This document shows positions 50,252 through 60,082 of a DNA stretch of 64,000 nucleotides, one piece after another. Under the pieces are notes generated by a model, which saw nothing but the letters and a program-made list of their open reading frames with translations, searched no databases and was not told the DNA's origin. Source of the DNA: Gemmatimonadales bacterium (lineage in GTDB: Bacteria > Gemmatimonadota > Gemmatimonadetes > Gemmatimonadales > GWC2-71-9); the NCBI GenBank assembly GCA_041615815.1, contig JBFJCP010000012.1, positions 1 through 64,000 on the forward strand, in the 5' to 3' direction. Positions within the stretch are counted from its first letter, which is position 1. The number at the start of each line of letters is the position of its first letter. Both the position numbers and the translations under genes were made by a program.

Positions 50252-52093
50252 TTAATGGAACCTCCGGTACTGTGCGAGCCGATCCTGCAGCTTTGCCACC
50301 AGGGCCGGGTCACCCGAGGCCTCCGCCGCCGCGACGGCCTGTTCGGCCACACGGACAGCATCCGCGCGTCGCCCGGCTGCCGCGTACAGTGCCGCGAGAA
50401 GGTCGAGGGCACCGGGATCCCGCGATTCCGTATACTCGACCGCTCGCTCGGCTAGACGCGTCGCCTGCTGGACGTCGCGAGGGACACTGCTCGAATCGCC
50501 GAGCAGCTGCGCCCACGTGATCAGGGGACCCGCACCCTCCGGCACGAGACGAATTGCCTCTTCGAGGTGGGGAACCGCCGCGTCGCCGCGACCTGCTTCG
50601 ATGAGCGCCCGCGCGAGTCCGTGATGTGCATCAGCGTCGTCGGCACGGTGGCCAAGCGCCTCCCGGTAACTCGCGATGGCATCCTGAACGCGACCAGCTA
50701 CCAGATGCTCGTCGCCTTCGATGCGTGCCAGGTAGGCCCATCTCGAGACGTCGTCCACGTAGTACTTCCATCCGAGCTTGCGCTCGAGCTGGTCACGGTC
50801 CGCCGCTTTACGCGGCAACACCTGCACCACCAGGTCCGCCATTTCGTGTCGCGATGTGGGACCGTACCGCACGCGCTGCGGCGGGCTGCTGGGATTCCGG
50901 AGATTCGTGCTCGAGTTGTCATAGACGTAGCGCATGAACAATACCGAGCCTTCGGGCAACGCGATGGGCTTTCGATAGTGGTACTCGTCCTGCCAGTTGA
51001 AGTCCCAGTCCTCGATCAGGATGAGCCACCGGCGCTTGCCGTTCGGCAACCTGGCATACCCTTCCATCCTCGTCGCCAGGTAATGCGCGTGCGGATAAAC
51101 ACCCAAGACCTGCACGGCCACCGGGAGAGGGAACGAGTCCACGACCACATAGTCGGATTTGCCAGCGGGAATGTCGACGGTTCGTGATCCCAGCATAACG
51201 ACGCTGGGGTAACGCGCCGGCGGTTTCTCGGCAAAATGCAGACCGACGCGGGCCCGGATTTGTTCGGTCGCATCACTGGGTCGAAGATGGAGTTGGAGCA
51301 CGAGATCGGTGCCGGGATCCAAGCGCCAGGCGAGGCCGTCGCCGCGGCCAGATTGGACCCGTCCCGGCGTCCACCCAATGAAGAATCCCTCTGGGCTCGC
51401 GGCTGCACTCACGACCTCCATACCGTCGAATCCGGGCGCCGGATCGCGTGCATCCTCATCGCGAGACGATGCCGTCGAATCCACCATCAATCGAGCATGA
51501 TGCACCACCCGGTAGTTTCCCGGCCGTACCTCGATGGCCTCGACGAAACGAGTCTCATCGATCGGTACGCGCGCCACGAAGTTTCGATATTGCTCGCCGC
51601 TCCCCACCGACAGCGTGAACGAAGGAAAATCTACCACGAGGTCCGGATCGCCTAGCTGCCATCCATCGGGCCAGCGGGGCGGCTCTGGCGCGGTGGTAGG
51701 ATCGCCCTGCGGGGCCCCGTTATCCGCCCATCGGCGGATCAGCTCGATGTCGCGCTTGTCGAGTCGTCGCTCAGCCGCGAACTCTCCGTGACCGGAAGAC
51801 GGCAACCACGGTGGCATGAACCGCCGCTCGACGGCGGCCGCAATCAGAGGAGCATACTTCCGAGCGTCGTCGTAGGAGAGAAGGCTGAAGGGTGCCGGAC
51901 CTTCGGGCCGGTGGCAGACAGCGCAATCGCGGTACAGAATGGGAGCCACATCGTCGACGAAGGTCGGACGCTGTGCCTCGGCCGAGTCCGGGTGGAAGCC
52001 GAGCGCCAGCAAAACGAAGATCCCCAGACCACCGGTCCTCAGGCTGGGAGGAGTCCTCGCGGATGCAACATCCGACATGCAGCCGATGCCCAT
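50252..52093 (-). CDS. Exported heme c + copper type II (PHM/DBH-like) monooxygenase + TPR protein
   Basis: CAVCH, MPPW; VVHH, QLH, PHAH, HEM; C-terminal TPRs; start 52093 or 52078. Confidence 0.8.
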   Translation of the reverse strand: MGIGCMSDVASARTPPSLRTGGLGIFVLLALGFHPDSAEAQRPTFVDDVAPILYRDCAVCHRPEGPAPFSLLSYDDARKYAPLIAAAVERRFMPPWLPSSGHGEFAAERRLDKRDIELIRRWADNGAPQGDPTTAPEPPRWPDGWQLGDPDLVVDFPSFTLSVGSGEQYRNFVARVPIDETRFVEAIEVRPGNYRVVHHARLMVDSTASSRDEDARDPAPGFDGMEVVSAAASPEGFFIGWTPGRVQSGRGDGLAWRLDPGTDLVLQLHLRPSDATEQIRARVGLHFAEKPPARYPSVVMLGSRTVDIPAGKSDYVVVDSFPLPVAVQVLGVYPHAHYLATRMEGYARLPNGKRRWLILIEDWDFNWQDEYHYRKPIALPEGSVLFMRYVYDNSSTNLRNPSSPPQRVRYGPTSRHEMADLVVQVLPRKAADRDQLERKLGWKYYVDDVSRWAYLARIEGDEHLVAGRVQDAIASYREALGHRADDADAHHGLARALIEAGRGDAAVPHLEEAIRLVPEGAGPLITWAQLLGDSSSVPRDVQQATRLAERAVEYTESRDPGALDLLAALYAAAGRRADAVRVAEQAVAAAEASGDPALVAKLQDRLAQYRRFH

Positions 52094-52095
52094 CG

Positions 52096-54342
52096 TCAGA
52101 GAGCGAATGTGAACTGCCGCGTGAACTTGACGATCAGCGCCCGATCCAGCGGGCCGGTGGACCCCACCGTCCGCTCGATGGTGTTGAAGACGACGAAGAG
52201 TCCCGTGCCAGCCGTACTGAGCCATCCCAGACGAAAATTCCCCGAGAACTCGTCGTCCTGATTGTTGTACTGCACGAGCGATTGGAGATAGATCCGGGGC
52301 GTGAACGCGTACGACATCCGGAGTCCCACGAGTGCCGTTTCGAAGCTCCCCTGGGGCAGATCCACGTCATCGACGCTATGCCGCAGTTCGGCGATGAAGC
52401 GAGAGCCAACACGGGCACCGAAGCTCCCGGACAGACTCTTTCGGTGACCGCCATAGAATCCTCCGACTTCGAAGCGGCCACGATATGAGAGCGGGGCACT
52501 CAGATTGGTGTTGAATGCGAACCCCCATTCGACGTTGTCATACGTTCCCGGCGGGATGATCACCCCGTCGGCGATCTCGAAGGGATCCTTCAGGCCCTCG
52601 CGCGTGAGATTGACGGCGGGGAGTTGGAAGAATGCGCCGTTGGCGAACTCGAAGTGGCTGTCGATATGTACTACGCGAGTTTCCGTGAACCCGTCGAGAT
52701 CGAAAAACTCGCGGTAGGAGATGTGCGGGCGCAACTCGCGAAACCAGGAGAGTCCCGGGGTGCGGACGTGGCGCAAGATGCGGGCACTTGCGAAGCGATA
52801 GGACGAGCGGTCCAGAAATCCGACTTCCGGGTTGAACGATTCCGCCACCTCGCGAAACGAGCCGCCCACGAACCAGTTGCGCGTGGTGTAGCTCCCGCTC
52901 ATGCCAAAGGCGTGCTGCCCGCCAATGGCATCCGGTGTGGTGGTCCGCACCGCGTACCCATCGAACGTGAACGCCGTGCCAAGCCCCAGCCGTCCGTCCA
53001 CCCCGTATGTCAGATTGTGATCCGACGTATCGTCGGTGTTGAGCCGGCTCGTGAAGACAGCGCCAAAGCGCGATCGGTTGGGGAGTTCTCGTACCACCCG
53101 AGCAGCGCCATAATTGGTTTCCGCAATGGCGGTCTCGACGCCGGCGGTCTGAATATTGAGCAGACCGAAAGTGAATCCTCCGGCTTTGCCACTGAGGCGC
53201 GTCCCGCCACGAATGGGCACGACCCGCGTGTTCTCTTGCGCGTCCTCGGCAATTCCGATTCGACGACTGAAAAACACCTCCACCGATTGGGGCGTTCCCA
53301 CGGCGAAGGTCCCAGCGTTTTCCAGGAAGAAGGGACGCTTTTCCGGAAAGAACAGTCGAAAGCGCGTCAGGTTGACCTGCTGTTCGTCCACCTCCACCTG
53401 GGCAAAGTCCGTGTTGTACGTGAGATCCATCGTGAGGCTCGGCGTGATCCCGATCTTCGCGTCTCCTCCCACGTCTGCCGACAGATCCGTATCGGTTTCA
53501 TTGACGAAATCCCGATGCGCAGTACTCAAGCCGTAGGGGGTCACGGTCACGATGTGGTGGGACGGGGCCTCGATCCCCAGGAGTGTGCCCGCTAGCGACA
53601 CGCGGTACAGGTCGAACTGACGAGGAATCGGCGCCCAAAAGGCTTGCTCGTTACGCCGGCGAATGAAGCGAGCGAGGTTCAAGCCCCAGCGCTGTGGCCC
53701 CCCGCGTCCGTAGCGCAAGGTCGAGAAAGGAATGCGATACTCGGCGTACCAGCCTCCCTCGTCCACCGTCGCCGCCACGTCCCAGCTCCCATCCCAGTTG
53801 AGATTTAATCCCCCGCCGGATCCGGCTTGCTGTCTCGTCCCGGTGAAGCCACCCTCCCCCTCTTTGGTGACCTGCCCGTCATACTCGATGCCCGCCGGAG
53901 TAGTACCGAAAACGAAGGCGTTCTGGCGGTCCAAGTAGGTGTCGAGCACGAGCAGAAACGCGTCCATGTCCGCGAGATCCACGTCTCGCCGGGCCTCGCC
54001 TTGGACAATGGCCGCGGGATCGGTGTCGTAGAGCCACGCCCCGACGTAGATCGCGTCATCGTCAAACGCGATCCGAACCTCGGTGCGCTCGCTCGAGGGA
54101 CGACCTTCGAAGGGCTCGTTCTGAATGAAGTTCGTGATGGCGGGTCCGCGGCTCCATACCAGATCGTCCAGCCGTCCGTCGATGACTGGTGGTTGGTCCG
54201 TCCGCACACCGTGCGCGCGTACGGAACCTTCGGCCACTGACGGGTCCGTGCGGGCACCGGTTTCTTGCCCATGGGCCACCGCGGCTGCACCCGCCACGTG
54301 CACCATGAGCAACAGGACTGTCGAGCGCGTGAAGGGGGGCAT
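52096..54342 (-). CDS. CBM9-like/DUF5916 exported (probable outer-membrane) protein
   Basis: PPVIDGRLDD, EYRIPFSTLRY, TYNTDFAQVEVD, LFFPEKRPFFLE, FFSRRIG. Confidence 0.85.
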   Translation of the reverse strand: MPPFTRSTVLLLMVHVAGAAAVAHGQETGARTDPSVAEGSVRAHGVRTDQPPVIDGRLDDLVWSRGPAITNFIQNEPFEGRPSSERTEVRIAFDDDAIYVGAWLYDTDPAAIVQGEARRDVDLADMDAFLLVLDTYLDRQNAFVFGTTPAGIEYDGQVTKEGEGGFTGTRQQAGSGGGLNLNWDGSWDVAATVDEGGWYAEYRIPFSTLRYGRGGPQRWGLNLARFIRRRNEQAFWAPIPRQFDLYRVSLAGTLLGIEAPSHHIVTVTPYGLSTAHRDFVNETDTDLSADVGGDAKIGITPSLTMDLTYNTDFAQVEVDEQQVNLTRFRLFFPEKRPFFLENAGTFAVGTPQSVEVFFSRRIGIAEDAQENTRVVPIRGGTRLSGKAGGFTFGLLNIQTAGVETAIAETNYGAARVVRELPNRSRFGAVFTSRLNTDDTSDHNLTYGVDGRLGLGTAFTFDGYAVRTTTPDAIGGQHAFGMSGSYTTRNWFVGGSFREVAESFNPEVGFLDRSSYRFASARILRHVRTPGLSWFRELRPHISYREFFDLDGFTETRVVHIDSHFEFANGAFFQLPAVNLTREGLKDPFEIADGVIIPPGTYDNVEWGFAFNTNLSAPLSYRGRFEVGGFYGGHRKSLSGSFGARVGSRFIAELRHSVDDVDLPQGSFETALVGLRMSYAFTPRIYLQSLVQYNNQDDEFSGNFRLGWLSTAGTGLFVVFNTIERTVGSTGPLDRALIVKFTRQFTFAL

Positions 54343-54605
54343 GACGACCAAATATACACGTCGCGCAGCGGGACATGAGGCATCAGCAACTTGGCAACGG
54401 ACAATTCGCCAGTGCCTTCATGAAGAACGTGAGCACGGCGCGGTGGGCAAGGTGACAAGGTGCAATGGACACTCGTAGAGCGCGCGCCGGCCACATGAAG
54501 GCCCGCGGCGTGGCCGCGCTCGATGACATCGACAACCGTGGAAAGACGTAGCTGCTGGTGGATCTCGTTACTCCGGTCCGAAGCTGGGGACCGCCGGGCG
54601 CAGCA

Positions 54606-56744
54606 TCAGCGTTCTTCCGTCTGCTCCGGAATCTCGGCCAGTGCCGGCGCGAGCCCCCACGTGGGCAGCCAATCCGCCGTTGGGCGTCCGAGAAGAAACC
54701 CCTGCACGAGATCGCACCCTTCGTCCTGCATGCGTCGAAGTTGCTGCGACGTCTCGATGCCTTCCGCCACCACATCCAGGCCCAACCGATGGCCGAGGCC
54801 CACGATGGCGCCCGCGACCGAAGCGGTGCGCAGCCCGTGGTCCGACGTCCGGATGAAGGACTGGTCGATCTTGAGCACATCCACGGCAAAGCGCTCCAGA
54901 TAGGCCAATGAGGAATACCCTGTGCCAAAATCATCGACGGCGATTCGCACACCGAGGTCCTTCAGGCCGGCGAGGGCGGCGTTGGCGCGCTTCGTGTCTC
55001 GCATCAACGTGCTCTCGGTGATCTCCAGCTCCAGCATCTCCGGTGTGAGGTGTGCCGCCGCCAGCGTGTTCGCTACGGCAGACACGATATCATGTCGATC
55101 GAATTGGCGGGCGGAGAGATTGACGGCCATCCGCACGTCGTGCAATCCCGACTCCCGCCAGACCCGGAGCTGCTCGCATGCGGCCTGTAACACCCACTCG
55201 CCAACGCGCCCGATCAGACCCATGTCCTCGAGCAACGGCACGATCCGTCTGGGCGGAACGATGGTTCCGTCCGGACGTCGCCAGCGCAATAGAGCCTCGA
55301 CCGCGACGATCTCGCCCGTGCGAAGATCCACCTGTGGTTGGTAGTGAAGCAGAAACTCCTTGCGTTCGACCGCGTGGAGCATCTCGCCCTCGAGCCGCAA
55401 GCGCACTCGAGCGGCACCGTCGTCCTCCGGTGTCGCCACCCGGTAGTGGTTGCGGCCGTTGCTCTTGGCGTTGTACATGGCGCCGTCCGCCGCCTTCAGG
55501 AGCCCCTCCACCGTGTCGGCCGCGTCGGGGTATAGCGCGATCCCAATACTGGTGGTCACCGCCACCTCGCCACTCTGGATCTCGACGGGGAGCGAGAGCG
55601 CACCGAGAATGCGTTCCGCGACCTCCGTGGCCGCTCTCGGATCTGTAAGATCCTCGAGTAAGACCGCAAACTCGTCGCCACCCAAGCGCGCCACCGAGTC
55701 GGATTCTCGCACCGCAGAGCGCAAACGGGCCGCGATCTGCCTGAGGACCGCGTCTCCGCTGTCGTGTCCGAGCGTGTCGTTGATACGCTTGAAGCGGTCG
55801 AGGTCCAAAAACATCAAGCCGAGCACGGTATGCTGGCGCCGACAACGTGCGAGCGCGTGACCCACCCGATCCCGAAAGGACGCCCGGTTGGCCAAGCCCG
55901 TCAGATCGTCGTGATGGGCCATGTGCGCCAGCCGTCGTTCGGCGCGCTTTCGTTCGGTGGCGTAGCGCAGCGAGCGCTCCAAGGAGTGCGGGTCGACCCG
56001 GGTTTTCAACAGATAGTCCTGTGCCCCCAAATGCACGGCTTGAACCGCAAGCGCGTCATCCTCGAGACCACTCAGGACGATGATGGCTGCGTCGGCCGCC
56101 GCTGTCTGCAGCTTGGTCACCGCATCGAGGCCTCGGGCATCGGGCAGGGTGAGATCCGCGATGATCACGTCATAGCTGGCACTTCGCAGCCGATCGATCC
56201 CATCGTCGAGTCGGGCAACGTGGTCGACCGTGGCCGAAGCCAATCGCGTGCGGGTGAGGAACCTCTCCACCAGGTCGACATCGGCAGGGTTCGCCTCGAT
56301 GAGGAGAATCGAGTAGCAGCACGGCTCCACCAAGTCGCCGGGCTCAACCGGTCCCCAGCGACGGTGCAGCTCCACCGCATTGCGCAACGTGGCGGCGAGC
56401 TCGTCGTGTTCCCACGGCTTGCCGATGATCGACACGATGGACCGGTCCGTGACATGATCGCGATGCAGATCCACATCAGGGAGGCCGGTGACAATCACGA
56501 ATGCGGTTGAGGGTTGGATGGGCTGCAGTCGCCGAATGAGCGTGAGTCCGTCCATGCCGGGCATCCGCAGATCGGTGGCGATCACGGCGAACCGCTGCTG
56601 TGTGGCACGACCGAGCGCCTCGGCCCCCGTCGCGGCCGTTTCCACATCGAACCCGGCTTGGCGCATGCCCCGCGCAAAAGCTCTGCGGGCGGCCGCCTCG
56701 TCATCGACAAACAACACCTTGGCGGGGCCGGGTCGATCGATCAT
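54606..56744 (-). CDS. REC-REC-GGDEF-EAL c-di-GMP turnover protein
   Basis: REC1 VDDE/DLRMP; REC2 IEAN/DLTLP; RESD I-site + GGDEF; EAL, DDFGTGYSSL. Confidence 0.93.
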   Translation of the reverse strand: MIDRPGPAKVLFVDDEAAARRAFARGMRQAGFDVETAATGAEALGRATQQRFAVIATDLRMPGMDGLTLIRRLQPIQPSTAFVIVTGLPDVDLHRDHVTDRSIVSIIGKPWEHDELAATLRNAVELHRRWGPVEPGDLVEPCCYSILLIEANPADVDLVERFLTRTRLASATVDHVARLDDGIDRLRSASYDVIIADLTLPDARGLDAVTKLQTAAADAAIIVLSGLEDDALAVQAVHLGAQDYLLKTRVDPHSLERSLRYATERKRAERRLAHMAHHDDLTGLANRASFRDRVGHALARCRRQHTVLGLMFLDLDRFKRINDTLGHDSGDAVLRQIAARLRSAVRESDSVARLGGDEFAVLLEDLTDPRAATEVAERILGALSLPVEIQSGEVAVTTSIGIALYPDAADTVEGLLKAADGAMYNAKSNGRNHYRVATPEDDGAARVRLRLEGEMLHAVERKEFLLHYQPQVDLRTGEIVAVEALLRWRRPDGTIVPPRRIVPLLEDMGLIGRVGEWVLQAACEQLRVWRESGLHDVRMAVNLSARQFDRHDIVSAVANTLAAAHLTPEMLELEITESTLMRDTKRANAALAGLKDLGVRIAVDDFGTGYSSLAYLERFAVDVLKIDQSFIRTSDHGLRTASVAGAIVGLGHRLGLDVVAEGIETSQQLRRMQDEGCDLVQGFLLGRPTADWLPTWGLAPALAEIPEQTEER

Positions 56745-56911
56745 GTGGTCCGTTGCTGTTTGGACGGTCCACCCCCTCCCCGCCAACGCCGAGGGCGCTG
56801 GCGGCATCGGGGGAGACCGAAACGATGGTCGGGGGGTTGCCCCCGCCCGTCACGGCAACCGTGGATGTCCTCTGGAGTATCGACCGGCGGTCGGAGGAAC
56901 TTGACGCGGAG

Positions 56912-58576
56912 TCAAACGCCGCCGGCCCGGCGGTGCTCCTCCTCCTTGAGCTCTCGCCGTAACAGCTTGCCTACCTTGGACTTTGGCAACATGTCGCGGA
57001 ACTCGACATAGTCCGGGACCTCGTAGGGAAGGAGTCGTTCGCGGCAGTGCTGGAGGAGATCGAACGCCGTGACCCCGCGCGCGTCGCGATCGAGAATGAC
57101 GAACGCCTTGACGTTTTCCCCCGCGACCCGATCCGGCGACCCTACGACCGCCGCTGCCAGGACGGCGGGATGGTCGTGAAGGACCGATTCCACGCGTGAG
57201 GCCGACACGCGAAAGCCCTTGTGCTTGATCAAATCCGCCCGACGGTCCACGAACTCGAGAGCACCGTCGTGGCCGAGTCGCACGTAATCTCCCGTACGAC
57301 ACCACGTGCGACCATCGATCGTGACGTACGTTCGATCCGTCTCTTCCACGTTCCGCCAATACCCCGCGTCCTCATACGAATACGGAGAGCCAACCAGCAA
57401 CTCCCCCTCGGCGCCCGCGGCGACCGGCATCATCGACTCGGGATCCACCACCCGCACGTCACGAGTCGGAATGATCTGTCCAACCTGGTGGGGGTGGGGC
57501 TCGTGGTCGAGCGCGCTCGCCGAGATGCAGACCGTCTCCGTGGAGCCGTACACCTGATGAATCGGAAGTCCCGTATGGCGTCGCCACGCCGCCGCGGTTT
57601 CCGCGGGAAGCACGTCGCCGGCGCTCCAGCAGTATCGCAGCGAGCCAATATCGTACATACCCAGACGCTGGTTATCCAACAGGCGGCGGTAGAGGGCTGG
57701 GACCCCAACGAGCAGGGTGGCGCGATGCCGCTCGATGGCTGCTAGCACCGCATCCGCTCCGGGGATCGGGAGGATCTCGGCCGCACTCCCTAGGTGCAGA
57801 GCGAGCGCCCAGAGCATATCCTGGGTAAACATGTGAAACAGCGGAAGCCCGACGATCACGACGTGTCCCGCCTCACCCAACGCGCGTCGGTACATCTCCC
57901 GCAATCCGATGATGCCACTGAGCAACTCGGCGTGCGCATGTGGCACACCCTTGGGAAATCCGGTGGTGCCTCCCGTGTAGAGAATATGCGCCAGCTGACC
58001 TCCGGCATGCGCGGTGGGCGCATGCCGCCTCGTGGGCTTGCGACGAAGGATCGCCGAAAAATCGTGCACCCCTGAATCACGCTGGACGGTCCCCGTCGGC
58101 ACGCGGTTCAGCGCCACGCCCAACCAACGCTTCCACCACGGCAACAGGTCGCTGACTCGCGTGACGACGATCGCCGTGACGCCGGTCTGCGGCGCTACTT
58201 CCCGGACATAGCCGAAATTCGTATCGCTACAGAACACCACGCGAGCACCGGCGTTCTGAATGAGGTAGCGCAACTCATGCGGCGTGTAGATATGGGAGAC
58301 CGGAACGGGAACTGCCTCGGCAAGCTGGAGTCCCAGATACGTCACGACCCATTGGGGACAGTTGGGAAGATAGAGCAGCGCCCGTTCGTCTTTTTCAATT
58401 CCCAGCCCGCTCGCTGCGTCCGCCAATCGCTGAAGCAGATCCCACAGCTCGCGGTAGGTGAAGCGCTGACCCAAGAAAATGATCGCCGAACGCTTCGGAT
58501 AACGCTGCGCCATCTCCTCGATCCGGTGGAGGATCGTCCCTTCGTGGCTGATCATGCGGTGGAGTTCCCCGATCAT
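56912..58576 (-). CDS. Acyl-CoA synthetase (AMP-forming)
   Basis: YTGGTTGFPKG, YGSTE, RTGD, LPKSKVGK; ATGA overlap with upstream ATPase. Confidence 0.9.
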   Translation of the reverse strand: MIGELHRMISHEGTILHRIEEMAQRYPKRSAIIFLGQRFTYRELWDLLQRLADAASGLGIEKDERALLYLPNCPQWVVTYLGLQLAEAVPVPVSHIYTPHELRYLIQNAGARVVFCSDTNFGYVREVAPQTGVTAIVVTRVSDLLPWWKRWLGVALNRVPTGTVQRDSGVHDFSAILRRKPTRRHAPTAHAGGQLAHILYTGGTTGFPKGVPHAHAELLSGIIGLREMYRRALGEAGHVVIVGLPLFHMFTQDMLWALALHLGSAAEILPIPGADAVLAAIERHRATLLVGVPALYRRLLDNQRLGMYDIGSLRYCWSAGDVLPAETAAAWRRHTGLPIHQVYGSTETVCISASALDHEPHPHQVGQIIPTRDVRVVDPESMMPVAAGAEGELLVGSPYSYEDAGYWRNVEETDRTYVTIDGRTWCRTGDYVRLGHDGALEFVDRRADLIKHKGFRVSASRVESVLHDHPAVLAAAVVGSPDRVAGENVKAFVILDRDARGVTAFDLLQHCRERLLPYEVPDYVEFRDMLPKSKVGKLLRRELKEEEHRRAGGV

Positions 58577-59331
58577 GCGCCAAAATAGGCCGCCCGGACG
58601 TGAGGATTTCGCATCAGCTCCCCTCCCGTACCGCTCAGGGTGATACTCCCTCCCTCCATCACATAGCCCCGATCCACGATGGGCAGCACGGGACGAGCAT
58701 ACTGCTCCGTGATGAGCACCGTCGTGCCCCGTTGTGCGATTTCTCGAATGGCCGCGATCACGCGAACTTGGACCATGGGCGACAGACCGAGGAGCGGCTC
58801 GTCCACCAGAAAGAGCGTGGGACCGGCCATGAGCGCACGCCCAATCGCCAGCATCTGCTGTTCTCCTCCGCTCAAGAAACCGGCCGGCCGCGACCGCAGG
58901 TCGAACAGATCGGGGAACAGATCCCACACGAACCGGAGGCGGTCCGCGATCGTACGGCGCGGCGCTCGAAATGCGCCTATCAGGAGATTCTCCGCTACCG
59001 TGCTCTCGGCAAAGACACGCCGCCGCTCGGGGCACAACACCAAGCCGCGCACCACCCGTGGGTGGGGACGAAGCGTGGTGATATCCTCGTCCCCATACTG
59101 GACCGTGCCAAGGATCGTGATTCGTTCACCCCCCCGCCGCTCCTCCCGCACCGCACGTTCCAACAGGAGACCCGACAGGGCATACATGAGCGTCGACTTC
59201 CCCGCACCATTGGAACCCAGCACTCCGACCACCTCGCCACGCCGAACCACCAAGGTCACATTGTTGACCGCTACCGCGTTCTCGTAAAACACCAGCAGAT
59301 CGGTGGCGCGCAACAATTCAGACCTCGGCAC
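58573..59331 (-). CDS. livF: LivF-type ABC ATP-binding protein (start approximate)
   Basis: GSNGAGKST, LSGGEQQM, LVDEP. Confidence 0.88.
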   Translation of the reverse strand: MPRSELLRATDLLVFYENAVAVNNVTLVVRRGEVVGVLGSNGAGKSTLMYALSGLLLERAVREERRGGERITILGTVQYGDEDITTLRPHPRVVRGLVLCPERRRVFAESTVAENLLIGAFRAPRRTIADRLRFVWDLFPDLFDLRSRPAGFLSGGEQQMLAIGRALMAGPTLFLVDEPLLGLSPMVQVRVIAAIREIAQRGTTVLITEQYARPVLPIVDRGYVMEGGSITLSGTGGELMRNPHVRAAYFGA

Positions 59332-60082
59332 CAAGGTACATCTCGCGCACGTCGCTATCGGCGGCGATCTCTGTTGGTGACCCTTCCAGAACCTTGCGCC
59401 CATCGTGGAGCACGACGATCCACTCCGCAACGCGAAATAGCTCTCGCAAACGATGCTCCACGAGAATGAGACTCACGCCACGCACCTGCAGCTTCTCGAG
59501 CAGCGGGAGGAGGCTGGCAATCTCCGACGGGCTCAGACCGGAGAATAGCTCGTCAGTGATGATGACCTCCGGATCGAGGGCGAGGCAGCGGGCCAGCTCC
59601 AAGCGTCGCAGGTACCCCTGGGGCAATGCCGCCGCCGTCTGGTGGGGAACGGCGGAGTCCCGTTCAAAACCAACCTCCTCCAACAAATCCATCGCCGTTG
59701 CCGCCCGCGATCCGAACCCGCCACCACGCGACCGGCCACGTACCCGACCCGAACACAATGCGACGATGAGGGTCTCGACCGCCGAGAGCTTGTGAAAGGG
59801 ACGCGCAGTCTGAAACGTTCGGGCGATCCCAAACCCGACGATGTCTTCGGGAGATCGGTCCGTGATATCGACGTCTCGCAGCCTGACGGAACCGGAGTCG
59901 GCGCGGACGAATCCCGAGAGGACGTTGACCAACGTCGTCTTCCCCGATCCATTGGGACCGATGATGCCAACGGTGGCCCCCCGGGGCACCATCAAACTCA
60001 CTCCGTCCAGCGCGAGCAATCCGCCAAACTGCTTGGAGAGGTTCGCAATGCGGAGCAGCGGCTCGCGCGGGTCGGCCCTCAC
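59318..60082 (-). CDS. livG: LivG-type ABC ATP-binding protein
   Basis: FGGLLAL, GPNGSGKTT, ARTFQ, VEH. Confidence 0.88.
   Translation of the reverse strand: MRADPREPLLRIANLSKQFGGLLALDGVSLMVPRGATVGIIGPNGSGKTTLVNVLSGFVRADSGSVRLRDVDITDRSPEDIVGFGIARTFQTARPFHKLSAVETLIVALCSGRVRGRSRGGGFGSRAATAMDLLEEVGFERDSAVPHQTAAALPQGYLRRLELARCLALDPEVIITDELFSGLSPSEIASLLPLLEKLQVRGVSLILVEHRLRELFRVAEWIVVLHDGRKVLEGSPTEIAADSDVREMYLGAEV

Noticed and set aside
58577..59035. Extension of the CoA ligase ORF to 707 aa
   Set aside because: Overlaps livF; ATG at 58576 couples to the livF stop.
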